IMG/VR virus record: IMGVR_UViG_3300045242_000006
Coordinates: 33,287 to 97,286 of that record
DNA length: 64,000 nt
Source of the DNA: a virus
Direction: 5' to 3' (one strand)
The position numbers were made by a program, and so were the translations under genes. Shown one piece after another: positions 36,360-45,998 of this stretch (the stretch's first letter is position 1; each line of letters opens with the position of its first letter). The notes under the pieces are model-generated. The model ran no database searches. It was not told where the DNA came from and saw only the letters and a list, made by a program, of their open reading frames with translations.

Positions 36360-36878
36360 ATGCTTGACCTACAAGATATCCGAGTAACATCCTACCTTCC
36401 TCAGTCTGGATATGGACATGGAGGGATGACAGTTGGACTCAGCCTCAGTGGCATCATCGTACACCACCTTCCAACTGGGCTTGGTGTAAGCTGTGACAGT
36501 GAGCGGAGTCAGCATGCCAATAAAGAGAAGGCTATCGCACTACTGGAAGCTCTTCTGCTCGCCATTGAGAGTGAGAAACACTACACACCAATACCGCCTC
36601 CAACACCCTATGTAACAGGTAAAGTCATGGCTATCAAGAATGTGCGGGAAAGGACTGGATGTGGCCTGAAAGAAGCCAAAGAGGCTATAGACCATGTTCT
36701 TGACCTCTACCCAAACATGGATATTAAGGTTGCTGAAGAGTTTGCAATCCCTTATGTGAAGACCTCTACAAGAGATAATCTTGGTGGAGAGTGCCGTATG
36801 GGTGATAACTGTCTCTGTGGTGGTGACGTTCCTGCTATCCGTGAAGGCTGTTTTGAGTGGATATGGAGATACACCTGA
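36360..36878 (+). CDS. Release-factor (RF-1 domain)-like protein fused to a bL12 CTD-like domain
   Basis: HLPTG...C..ERSQHANKEKA; KVMAIKNVRERTGCGLKEAKEAID. Confidence 0.75.
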   Translation: MLDLQDIRVTSYLPQSGYGHGGMTVGLSLSGIIVHHLPTGLGVSCDSERSQHANKEKAIALLEALLLAIESEKHYTPIPPPTPYVTGKVMAIKNVRERTGCGLKEAKEAIDHVLDLYPNMDIKVAEEFAIPYVKTSTRDNLGGECRMGDNCLCGGDVPAIREGCFEWIWRYT

Positions 36879-37102
36879 AGAGGCTTATAATGATTGGGTG
36901 TATAACTACAGGAGCAAATAATGAAACAATTTGAGTACAGGGAGAACAGGGGTTACTGTCGTCTATGCGAGACAGCCTCCTATAAAAAGGACATCGTATT
37001 CGGGTGCAAGCTTGCTGGTAAGAGTGTTCAAATCATCCTGTGCGATGAGTGTATTGCTCACCTTAAGGCTCACATAGACACAGTTAAAATGGAGTCGAAT
37101 CA

Positions 37103-37363
37103 ATGAAAGCAGCGACTGAACCTTGGGATGTAAGGTTTCTATATCTATCCCCAAAAGAAGAACGCAAGATGTGGCTCAAGATATTGGAGAGTTACCCATC
37201 TGGGATGGCTGTCAACTGTCGGCATATGCCAAGCCTTGATCGCACACCACAATTACGAAGACTCATCAAAGATGGCCTCATTCTGCGTAGCAGAGAGTGT
37301 AGAGGTAGAATGTGTTTTCGTACTGTATTAAAACTCCCTGAGAAATTCACCCCCGCCGTATAG
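37103..37363 (+). CDS. Hypothetical protein (last gene of plus-strand block)
   Basis: Followed by terminator. Confidence 0.6.
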   Translation: MKAATEPWDVRFLYLSPKEERKMWLKILESYPSGMAVNCRHMPSLDRTPQLRRLIKDGLILRSRECRGRMCFRTVLKLPEKFTPAV

Positions 37364-37369
37364 AAAACA

Positions 37370-37395
37370 GCCTCCTTTATTGGGGGCTTTTCTTT
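37370..37395 (+). terminator. Terminator ending the plus-strand block
   Basis: GCCTCC-TTTATT-GGGGGC-TTTTCTTT. Confidence 0.7.
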
Positions 37396-37731
37396 GTCCG
37401 TAGAAATATAATTCACAAGGGATCGTTACACTCACAAGGGGTTATCCTCTTTGACATGTTTTCCAACTGGGGTTTTGTGCGGGAGGTGTTTAACGTCGAA
37501 CAACGCCCCCAGAGCTGGCCACCCGTAAAATGAAAATAAGCACGAACGATTCGCATTCAGATGAAAACCAACCCTCATGCAAGCCCTATGCCAAAGGGTA
37601 CTACCCCTCAAAGGGTGAAGCGGACACACCTACAGAGAGAACACTCACTCAAGCTGCCACCACGTCTTTAGACTACTCACAAGGGGACAGCACACATACA
37701 CACTCAATGTAGTATGTCAATGGTCAACCCT

Positions 37732-37745
37732 TTGATGAGAATCAA
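37732..37745. promoter_or_regulatory. FNR/Anr-type box
   Basis: TTGAT-GAGA-ATCAA, perfect consensus. Confidence 0.5.
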
Positions 37746-37867
37746 TGTTATTGATAGTTGCTCACACTGAGATGTACTCCATTGAGAGTGCTACCACTAT
37801 GGAGGAGGACATACTGACACATGTACACCACTCACAAGGCGAGCATACACCATGTACAGAGGGACAA

Positions 37868-37883
37868 TGTTCCATGTGGAACA
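37868..37883. promoter_or_regulatory. parS-like site
   Basis: TGTTCCATGTGGAACA, one mismatch to TGTTCCACGTGGAACA. Confidence 0.6.
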
Positions 37884-37945
37884 CTTTATAGGGGTCCGCC
37901 TATGAGGTGGTGAAATGTTTTAACGTAGTTAATATGGTGAGTACT

Positions 37946-37978
37946 TGGCATGTGTTTTGCTAGGCTAGATGTGTGCCA
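37946..37978. promoter_or_regulatory. Two facing sigma54 (-24/-12)-like sites
   Basis: Plus: TGGCAT-GTGTT-TTGCT. Minus: TGGCAC-ACATC-TAGC. Confidence 0.45.
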
Positions 37979-38616
37979 ACGTGGGACAGGATGTCCATTG
38001 AATGTTACTATGAGGGGTAGAGCTATGATAGGAATATATATTGAGATTATGCTTGACATATTAGGAGGGTTGTGAGCGCTTCGCTTAGCATCAGAGCACC
38101 TATCGGAGCTCTTCCACTCACTCAGCTATCAGGAAAGGGGTTTAGAGTCATTTTGACTACAATTCATAACGTCCGTTATGAGCTAGACAACAACTCTCAA
38201 AGCCATGTATTACGTGGCCTGTAGGGCCAATTAGAGACGCTTTGAACGACAGTTCAAGGGGTAATGACACTCTATCCGTAGGATAGGTTTGTAGAACGTT
38301 TTAGAAGGGTTTTACTATAGTATTTATTAATCAATATACAAACAAAGCTATCGCTTTTGCTATGGTGCGAAAGATGACCTACGGTCAGGGCAAAGCGTAA
38401 GCTTTGAGTGGGATTACTCTCTAACCGTAGGTTAGGTGTTTACTTCTATTTTAGTTTTTGTTACTATATTTATGTATTTGTCTAGTATCACTTAAAGCTT
38501 ACGCTTTGAGGGTAAAGCCCTTAGAGTATTGTATCGTGCAAAGCAACACCTGTCAAATTGATTGTATCGATAGATGAGGTGTGTATTATCGATTCTATTG
38601 ATAGTGTGAATGAAGA

Positions 38617-38643
38617 CAAAGAAAAGCCCCAAGGAAGGGGCTT
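38617..38643 (-). terminator. Terminator ending the minus-strand early block
   Basis: AAGCCCC-TTCCTT-GGGGCTT-TTCTTT. Confidence 0.75.
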
Positions 38644-38660
38644 GAGGTGGGCGACGTTGG

Positions 38661-38927
38661 TTAGTAGATGTTACGGCCAATCAACTTGTTAAGGTCAAGG
38701 CCGGCATCCTCAGCACGAAAGCTAGCAGCATCGACAGCAGCTCTGTACATTTCACCCCACAACTCTTCTGACATATGACCAGACCAAATAGCAAGCTTTT
38801 CTTCTTGTGTCTTACCTTCACAAACGTTCTGGCAGTCAATCGAACCATCTGCAAGGTAAACTTTAGTGGCACGCTCGATCACTTCCAACTCAGCTTGAAG
38901 GGTTTGATATTTCTCTTTGTTGGTCAT
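38661..38927 (-). CDS. Early-type hypothetical protein
   Basis: Own promoter TTGCAG-N17-TACAAT and AAGGAG RBS. Confidence 0.7.
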   Translation of the reverse strand: MTNKEKYQTLQAELEVIERATKVYLADGSIDCQNVCEGKTQEEKLAIWSGHMSEELWGEMYRAAVDAASFRAEDAGLDLNKLIGRNIY

Positions 38928-38996
38928 GTCGGCATTCTCCTTGGGTGTGACTGCATTGTACATCTGCAATCAACACCCTGCAAGCGGTTTATTCGA

Positions 38997-39254
38997 TCAA
39001 GACGAAACTATTTTACAGAGCATACCCTTAGGCATGATGAACTGTAAAGCGTATTGCTGAGCATCCTCAAGCTCTATAAAGCTTTGGAATGTCCAAGCTA
39101 TATCAATGCCACCTGAGTTAGTGGACACCTCATAGGTGGGCTTGTAGAGGGCTAGAACATCATCAGACAAACCCTTTTGAGGCATTGTCTGGAATATGTG
39201 AGCTGTCTTGTTAAGCTCAAGGTTGGCATTGGTGAAGGTTTGAATCTTTTTCAT
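38997..39254 (-). CDS. Early-type hypothetical protein
   Basis: AAGGAG RBS. Confidence 0.7.
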   Translation of the reverse strand: MKKIQTFTNANLELNKTAHIFQTMPQKGLSDDVLALYKPTYEVSTNSGGIDIAWTFQSFIELEDAQQYALQFIMPKGMLCKIVSS

Positions 39255-39271
39255 GGTGCAGGCTCCTTTGA

Positions 39272-39472
39272 TTACTTATTCAGGTCAGCGACAGCAGCGT
39301 CAATTGCAGCTTGAGCGTCAGCAGTGCGAATGATTTTCAGCTTGGCTTTAGGATCGCTATCCTTGACATCAGCTTTTTCATCCTCTACCACTTCCTTGTC
39401 GTAGTCACCAAAATGGATGTACCACTTGCCAGCTTCAAGGATCAAGAGGGTGTAGTAGGATTTAGTTTTCAT
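39272..39472 (-). CDS. Early-type hypothetical protein
   Basis: Promoter TTGATG-N17-TAGAAT; W...FGDYD. Confidence 0.7.
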   Translation of the reverse strand: MKTKSYYTLLILEAGKWYIHFGDYDKEVVEDEKADVKDSDPKAKLKIIRTADAQAAIDAAVADLNK

Positions 39473-39582
39473 GATGCATTACCTTGTTTGGGTTGACACC
39501 TTGTGTCGGGTTAGCCTTTCGGCTGGTGTAAATCCATTCTACACAAACAACAAAGCCCCATCAAGGGGCTATTGTGATTTAT

Positions 39583-39828
39583 TTAAGGAATGTCACTATC
39601 TGGGATGAATTCGCATTTGTAGTCGTAGTCTGTAAGCAGCTCTACAGGCTCTCTGACGTTGTACTGTTTGAGGAACAGATATGTACCCTTACCACTATCC
39701 CAAACGTCTGCAAGACGCTCAGATTGGTGTGTGAGGTTGATTGTACAGTCAGCTTGTGTCTCAGCATGATCTGTATAGTAGCTATTGCAGGCTGCATAGG
39801 TGCAGAGAGTGAGGATCGTGGCGAACAT
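39583..39828 (-). CDS. Small secreted Cys-containing protein
   Basis: RBS; hydrophobic N-terminus with CxxxxC. Confidence 0.6.
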   Translation of the reverse strand: MFATILTLCTYAACNSYYTDHAETQADCTINLTHQSERLADVWDSGKGTYLFLKQYNVREPVELLTDYDYKCEFIPDSDIP

Positions 39829-40204
39829 GTTATTTGCTCCCTTGAGCTAGGTGTAGCATTGTGATGAGGATGTATGCTGACAGCACTATCATAGCACAAT
39901 CGATTAGAATGTCCATCAAGACTCCTTAGGAACAGGTATTAGCTTAATAGTGTAGCGATAACCACCATAGGCGTTATCAAGCTTGTCAACACGGTTAGAA
40001 GCTCTTGAGCGGGATTTGTAAGGACCGCCCACTTGGCAACCTGTCTTACGATCAATGATGATGTACATTAGAAGATGCTCCACAGAGTGAAGAGACTGAC
40101 AACACCAGCAACATAGAACAGGATGAATTTTGTTGGTAGCATGATGGCGTGTCCTTGAGTGTGTGAGAGCATTCTACCCTAGCAATGCTCTCTTGTACAA
40201 CTGT

Positions 40205-40462
40205 TTATCGAACAATTTTGAAGCATTCGATAACACTTTCAGCGCCGTACAGAGTCAGGTACAAATCTTGCTTGCTGAAACCATTCTGGTTATTCATGTA
40301 GTAGGCTGCATCGTTTTCCATCTTCATTTCACTACCAGAGGATTCACCAACATGAACAGTGATACCTTCACTGACCACAGTGCCGGTGATGCTGTAGCCT
40401 GTAGCATCAAAGTAGTCATTTGCCAGAGTAGAAGCGATTGCGTTGATTTTGATAGTGTTCAT
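40205..40462 (-). CDS. Early-type hypothetical protein
   Basis: Own promoter TTGCGT...TAGAAT. Confidence 0.65.
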   Translation of the reverse strand: MNTIKINAIASTLANDYFDATGYSITGTVVSEGITVHVGESSGSEMKMENDAAYYMNNQNGFSKQDLYLTLYGAESVIECFKIVR

Positions 40463-40907
40463 GCTGTCACCTGTCTGAGTGGTGGGAAGCTGTTTGCTTT
40501 CCCTTGTGTTTTATTCTATACCAACCAAACAGGAACGCAAGCATTTTATTTAGATTTTGACAGCTTACCATCCAAGCCCATAATGACGCCAAATACGTAG
40601 GGTGCGAACGGCATAGGCTTTCTAGCTACCTCAAAGCAGTTCCAAACACAAGCTAACACGAAACCCCAAGGAGTGAACTTATAGAATTTGGCTACCGGCC
40701 ACATGAAACGTTTTGGCTTATTCATGTTACACCCACCTCTTTAGGTATCCTTTGGCTCATACGGCCAGCCTTGTTTATCCCAAGCTTTGAAGCGCTTTTC
40801 TACAGCTCGAAAGTGTGGCATATTGAAGACAAGGCCAGTTGAGAATGTTTTACCATTGCGACTGATTTCTACTTTCTTTGTGGTCCTGTTAAGGATAATC
40901 TCTATAC

Positions 40908-41321
40908 TCACAGCCAACCACTCAGGACAGTGACAAGCGTTGTCATTCCACCACTGGCTTGACAGCCTGTAATCAACACTCCTAGAGTGGACAAGGCGAG
41001 TGCTTTAGCAAGCTTGTCTTTGATGGATGGGCTAGATCCAAATTGACGTGGTTTTACACGGTTAGCAGAACAGCCACGCTGTAGCGCTTCTTTGACAATC
41101 TCAGTGATGTCGGTACGGCCCCAGTCAGCACCACCATAGGCAATGAATTTGCCTTGACCCTTCCAATCAATACGTAAGATGTTATGACCTTTACGGTTTT
41201 GAATGTACACACGATTAGCGTGTCCGCCCATCTCATGCCCTTTACCTTTAGCAGCAAGGGTAATGCCTTTGCGAATCTTAGCAATCATGGTTGGGTGTGT
41301 AAGGCTGGTGATAGTGAGCAT
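40908..41321 (-). CDS. Early-type hypothetical protein
   Basis: Promoter TTGCAT-N17-TAGAAT. Confidence 0.7.
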   Translation of the reverse strand: MLTITSLTHPTMIAKIRKGITLAAKGKGHEMGGHANRVYIQNRKGHNILRIDWKGQGKFIAYGGADWGRTDITEIVKEALQRGCSANRVKPRQFGSSPSIKDKLAKALALSTLGVLITGCQASGGMTTLVTVLSGWL

Positions 41322-41396
41322 GGTGGCATGTCCTTTTGTTTATGTGTAGGCATTCTAACGAAGGGCTCGAAACAATGCAAGCCCTTAAATAGAAAT

Positions 41397-41735
41397 CTAC
41401 AATCCTTGACTGATCAGCTTTGCAATGTGAGCATTCCACCACTGGACACGATAGTTAAAGGCACATTTGGCACCATGGCCATAGCGTCTAACTTTAGCAT
41501 TGTACACCTTGTCAGTGCGGAACAGTGCAACCATCAGAGTGATGGCCCCTGCATCACGGATGAAGTCTGCGAAAGAACCTCTAGCCACACTGAGTGCATA
41601 TAGGTCTGCATTCAACTCGTTTAGAGCAATAGGCAGGGCGTGGCACATGTAAGGTGACTTCTTAACATAACTACTTTCTTCCAAGTTAGAGTAGTTGTTG
41701 TCTAGGGCATATTGCAAAAGGGCTGAAGCTTTCAT
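41397..41735 (-). CDS. Hypothetical protein
   Basis: YMC.A...R..W motif. Confidence 0.65.
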   Translation of the reverse strand: MKASALLQYALDNNYSNLEESSYVKKSPYMCHALPIALNELNADLYALSVARGSFADFIRDAGAITLMVALFRTDKVYNAKVRRYGHGAKCAFNYRVQWWNAHIAKLISQGL

Positions 41736-41743
41736 TTTGAGTC

Positions 41744-42010
41744 TCACTTCCAAATCAGGTCAATGATAAATGCATAGCCAGAGTTGTCTGGCATGCTGCC
41801 ACCACTCACGATACGCCACTCAAGGCTTTCAAGATCGCGGTCCTTATTAAGCCACAGCAGGTATTCACCCACTGCCAAAGCATGATTGTCAGACACATCG
41901 ACATTGTTGCACCACTCTACCATCTTGTTACCCATCCAACCCATCACTTTAATGCGTTGGGCTTTAGTGTCGGTGGGGCTGACCCATTTGGTGATGATTG
42001 CCTGTGCCAT
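41744..42010 (-). CDS. Early-type hypothetical protein
   Basis: MAQAIITKW..PT....RIK; promoter TTGACA-N16-TAGAAT. Confidence 0.7.
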   Translation of the reverse strand: MAQAIITKWVSPTDTKAQRIKVMGWMGNKMVEWCNNVDVSDNHALAVGEYLLWLNKDRDLESLEWRIVSGGSMPDNSGYAFIIDLIWK

Positions 42011-42250
42011 GATGCTTTCCTTTTGATTGTGAGGCTGTTTGCCTCTTGTGTGGTTGATTCTACAGGGTGTGACATCCTTGTCAACAAGAGTTTTAGGCCA
42101 AACTGACGTATAGGAACACAACCGAAGCAATCCACAGGACGAACAGAAAACCACAGGTTGCTAGCAGAATCTTTTCAGAACGTGTCATCATGCTACACCT
42201 CAGAAACCAAAGAGAAAGCCCCGCTCTAGGCGGGGCGAAGGGTAGCCTTA

Positions 42251-43708
42251 TCAGGCAGCGTCTTGCTTCAGAGCTGTACGACTTGGAAGCTTGAGCATCC
42301 AACGTATCATGTCAGCAATGATTGGATAGATGTCATTGTGGCGTGTGCCGAATTTCATCCAGTTGTTTTGTGTGTCAAACATCCCAATGTCACGGTTAAC
42401 ACCACCACCATCAGGAAGGTAGTCACGAAGGCCGTTCAGCTTCTCCTTGACACGTTGCTGTTCAGTCATTTCATAGAACCGCCATACAGGGTTAGTGTGG
42501 CTGAAATTGACTTGAGACAGGTTGTGTAGCAGCTTCTCAAGGTCTTCCGCTGCTGTCTCATCCCGACGACGACCGAAGCCTAAGTCGTATACCAGTTTAG
42601 CGATGGCCTTGACTACAACAGGCTGAGCCAACACTGTCTGACTCTTTGCACCCACCTTACCAAAGCCGGGAACGTTTGCAATCGCTGCCCACATTCTATA
42701 TGCTACGGCCTGCTTTTGTTCAACATCGAGGGGCGTAGCACTGGCAATGCTGGTTTTGTTCAGGAACAGAATGGCGTTAGTTGCTGCCAAATCTCTGAAT
42801 GTCCACCGTCCAGTGTCTTTTGCCCAGTTGGATTGATCACCGTCCACAACATCATCCCAATCAAGGATGTTAGGCAGCAATTCATTCTGGATGAACTGGT
42901 TAACAGGGTTAGCTGAGTCAAACCGTAAGGCCAAACTCTTTTCCACCTTTTTTGCAAGGTTATTCAGGTCGTGAAACAGTTGCTGCTCTTCCCGAACACC
43001 CAACCCTAGATGGATTTCCACGGCAATTTTGCAGTAGCCTCGGGCCATCTCATCGCATTCGTCCCATGCTGCCAGCACATCAGCTTCTAGGGTAGCTTTG
43101 AAGTCACCTTCAAACAGTTTAGGTTTACGTGGGTATTTACGATTGAGCCTCACTTCAGAAAGGAACTCAAACACCAGATCCATTGCGTAACGACGATGTT
43201 GTCCGTCAATCACATACAGCAGGTCACGTTGTCCAAGGAACACTTTAAAGCAGGCTGTCTCACCTTCGCTTTCCATACGACGGCCCACAATGCCAGTACC
43301 ACCAGGCTCAACAGTACGAAGGTTGGCGACGATAGGCTGTAACGACATGTAGGTTTGTGGCCCCATGATGCGTTGAAGCTCGTTCAAGGCTGCTGATTCA
43401 GGCTTACCGAAGTTACGACGATATTCAATTGCAGAGGCCAGCAGGCCGCGAAGGATGTACTTTGCCAACCCTGTAGCGTGAGCCTCATTGAGTGGGCGTT
43501 GAGTGGCTGGAGAGCCATCAGGTTGACGCTCGTTGGCCACCTTTGACATGGCGTAGAAGTCTTTCATTGGAATCAGGGTCATGAAAGTGCGATGACCGAG
43601 GTTGTGACCAATGAACACCTTCTCAGGGCGAGCGGTGCTGTCAGCTTCTTTCAGCAGGTTGTCGACAGAAGTGAGTGGGGTTGGCAGACCTTCGTTTTGT
43701 GCGAACAT
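42251..43708 (-). CDS. DndB-like DGQHR domain protein
   Basis: QRPLN, IDGQHR, QQLFHDLN; own promoter (43772-43799) and terminators on both sides. Confidence 0.85.
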   Translation of the reverse strand: MFAQNEGLPTPLTSVDNLLKEADSTARPEKVFIGHNLGHRTFMTLIPMKDFYAMSKVANERQPDGSPATQRPLNEAHATGLAKYILRGLLASAIEYRRNFGKPESAALNELQRIMGPQTYMSLQPIVANLRTVEPGGTGIVGRRMESEGETACFKVFLGQRDLLYVIDGQHRRYAMDLVFEFLSEVRLNRKYPRKPKLFEGDFKATLEADVLAAWDECDEMARGYCKIAVEIHLGLGVREEQQLFHDLNNLAKKVEKSLALRFDSANPVNQFIQNELLPNILDWDDVVDGDQSNWAKDTGRWTFRDLAATNAILFLNKTSIASATPLDVEQKQAVAYRMWAAIANVPGFGKVGAKSQTVLAQPVVVKAIAKLVYDLGFGRRRDETAAEDLEKLLHNLSQVNFSHTNPVWRFYEMTEQQRVKEKLNGLRDYLPDGGGVNRDIGMFDTQNNWMKFGTRHNDIYPIIADMIRWMLKLPSRTALKQDAA

Positions 43709-43867
43709 GGCATTTCTCCTAGACGGGTATTTGCTACGTTTTCAGCAGGCTGTTTGCCTTGCTTGATTGATAGATTAGCACCCTAGGCGAGCATGTCAAG
43801 CATTTATTTTAAGAAAAAGAAAAAGGCCCCGAAGGGCCTTTAACATCAGGGTGTTACGGCCTCTTGC

Positions 43868-44179
43868 CTATTGGTGAAACTCGATATCAACGTCGTTGCC
43901 TTCAAGAATTTGAGACTGCAAGGTCATTTGCAACTCTTCTTGATACTCTCCTTTGATGCTGTTAAACATCATTGGACAAAGCATTTGTAAGGCGCCCCCC
44001 GGCTTTACATTGATGTTACAAATCACCACTTCACTGTAAGTGTCGTCAAGGTGCTTTACCACATCATCATCACTAATGCTAACAACACCGCCTGTAACGC
44101 CGTAACCCCGGAAAGATTTAACACTGCCCAGTGCCATAACAACCTGACGTACAGCAAAAACTTGATTCTGAATGCCCAT
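43868..44179 (-). CDS. Hypothetical protein
   Basis: AAGGAG RBS, promoter, terminator. Confidence 0.7.
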   Translation of the reverse strand: MGIQNQVFAVRQVVMALGSVKSFRGYGVTGGVVSISDDDVVKHLDDTYSEVVICNINVKPGGALQMLCPMMFNSIKGEYQEELQMTLQSQILEGNDVDIEFHQ

Positions 44180-44246
44180 GTTTCGTTTCTACTCCTTGGT
44201 GTGTGGCCTAGGACTCATGTCTTAGGCCGTTGTTATGGCTCGCATT

Positions 44247-44627
44247 TTACAGACTTGCTTGCCCCTGTAAAGGGGTATTTAAACAATCTTTCATCTTGTA
44301 ACAAGCGGCGCCAGCATCAGTTAGCAACTCGCTACGATACCATGCCACACCCCATAGTGTCAACAGGGCTTGTAAGCTTCTTGTAAGCCCGTTACCTTGG
44401 GCAAATGGCGCAGTCTGCTTATAGTAAACCTCACCGTCAGACTGTACAATCACACCGCTTATACCACTGTCAAGCGCATCAGATTCAAACAACACAATTC
44501 GATGCCATCCTTTATGGTCCTTGTAAAGCTCAGCCCGCTTGCCGTCTGGGAAATTCATACAGGCAACGAGATGTTCTAAACCAGTGGTTGTACACTGATT
44601 CAGCGCATTGTATATTGTTGAGTTCAA
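44247..44627 (-). CDS. Hypothetical protein
   Basis: TTG start ORF in block orientation. Confidence 0.55.
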   Translation of the reverse strand: MNSTIYNALNQCTTTGLEHLVACMNFPDGKRAELYKDHKGWHRIVLFESDALDSGISGVIVQSDGEVYYKQTAPFAQGNGLTRSLQALLTLWGVAWYRSELLTDAGAACYKMKDCLNTPLQGQASL

Positions 44628-44679
44628 ACGATACCCTTAACAGAGTGGGCGCCAAGCCTAGAAGCTGGCGCCATTATTG

Positions 44680-44961
44680 TTAGTTTTTGGAAGGATACAC
44701 ACGACGGAAATTGTCTTTAGCGAAGTAGACGCTATCTTTCAAACCATGCTTAACAGCGCGTTTGCGGTAGAGTTCCCACACTTCAACCTCTACACCACCC
44801 TCAGTAACATACTCATCTTCAGCGTTATAGCTGGTAGCCACTACAGCAGAACGAACACCATAGTTTGCCATAGTGTCGCCAAAGAACTTCATAGACGAAC
44901 GATCAAAGTAGTGACTGTCGCCGCGTTCTTGAACGTTGTATTTCAGGTCTGAAGGTGTCAT
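44680..44961 (-). CDS. Early-type hypothetical protein
   Basis: SHYFDRSSMKFFGD motif; promoter TTGACC-N16-TACAAT. Confidence 0.75.
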   Translation of the reverse strand: MTPSDLKYNVQERGDSHYFDRSSMKFFGDTMANYGVRSAVVATSYNAEDEYVTEGGVEVEVWELYRKRAVKHGLKDSVYFAKDNFRRVYPSKN

Positions 44962-45030
44962 GGTGCTTGTCCTTTGGTTGAGTAGGCTTGTCGCCTTGAT
45001 GTGATCATTGTACAGCGTTGGATATGTAGG

Positions 45031-45426
45031 TCAAGGCTTAAATGAAAATATTTTGAATACCACGATTGCACAGAACACTAGCATAGCTTTCACTTGCCAC
45101 GGCTTCCACTTATGTACATGAGAACGTTTCACAGCCTTTGTGTAGATATGAATAGTTTTCTGAGGCTTGACATAACGGCCTGTGGCCTTCTGAATGCCCA
45201 CCTTAGCCTTGGCTTCACGGATGTCCAAAGCCTCACAGCAATCCAGATAAGTGTCGTACTCAATCTGGTCAAGGCTGTAGGCTTTCTCAAGCTCCAGCCT
45301 CAAGTCGTCAATTGTGTCAAGCTCAGTAGCCCCACGACCTAAGATGCGACGGTGCAAGGGTGCAACTGGCTTAACCACAGCCACCTTAACAGTTCTTTGC
45401 TTTGGTGCCCTTCTTAATGCGGCCAT
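45031..45426 (-). CDS. Hypothetical protein with C-terminal TM segment
   Basis: ORF track. Confidence 0.6.
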   Translation of the reverse strand: MAALRRAPKQRTVKVAVVKPVAPLHRRILGRGATELDTIDDLRLELEKAYSLDQIEYDTYLDCCEALDIREAKAKVGIQKATGRYVKPQKTIHIYTKAVKRSHVHKWKPWQVKAMLVFCAIVVFKIFSFKP

Positions 45427-45998
45427 TTTAGTTCAACTCAACCCACCACAAACCATCATGCTGATACAGCTTGCAACGTTGCCCACTCTCAGCATAGGCA
45501 ATGGCGGATTTGAAAGCAAACTCTTGATAGTGGAAAAACGTTTTCACTGCACTCGCCTTGTTCAAGTTGGTATGGACGTATTGTAGACCAATAGAAACCC
45601 ATGTCAAGGGAAATGTTTGATGTTCTCAATCATCCAGTCATCAATTAGAATCGACTCATTAGGACCAATCCGAACATCTGGTACAGTGTACCTATCGACA
45701 TTCAAATCAGTACACAACATCTCAAAGATACCGCAACTGCCATGATTGCCCGCCATGTTGCCCGTGAGGATCAGTAGGATTTTAGCTTGCTTGTCAGTTA
45801 GCTTTAAGGTAGTCATGTTATTCAGCCTCGTTCCAAATGCCCCATGCTTGCGTCCCACGTCGGCCAGACCGACGCCCTATATCTATCTTTCTAGCTTGCT
45901 TTTTAGCAGCTTGGTATTCACGGTCGTTTTGAAACATAGCTGCCTTCAATGCTCGCATTTAATACCCTTACTTTACAATGTTAGACTTGATTGCCTGC

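Noticed and set aside
37983-37996. CsrB/RsmZ-like sRNA (GGACAGGATGTCC hairpin)
   Set aside because: Only one convincing GGA-loop hairpin; sponge RNAs need many.
38159-38186. Functional dif/attP site implying integration
   Set aside because: Only the inner CATAA/TTATG bases match, the XerD outer arm diverges, and no integrase or repressor is seen. Kept only as part of the host-site array.
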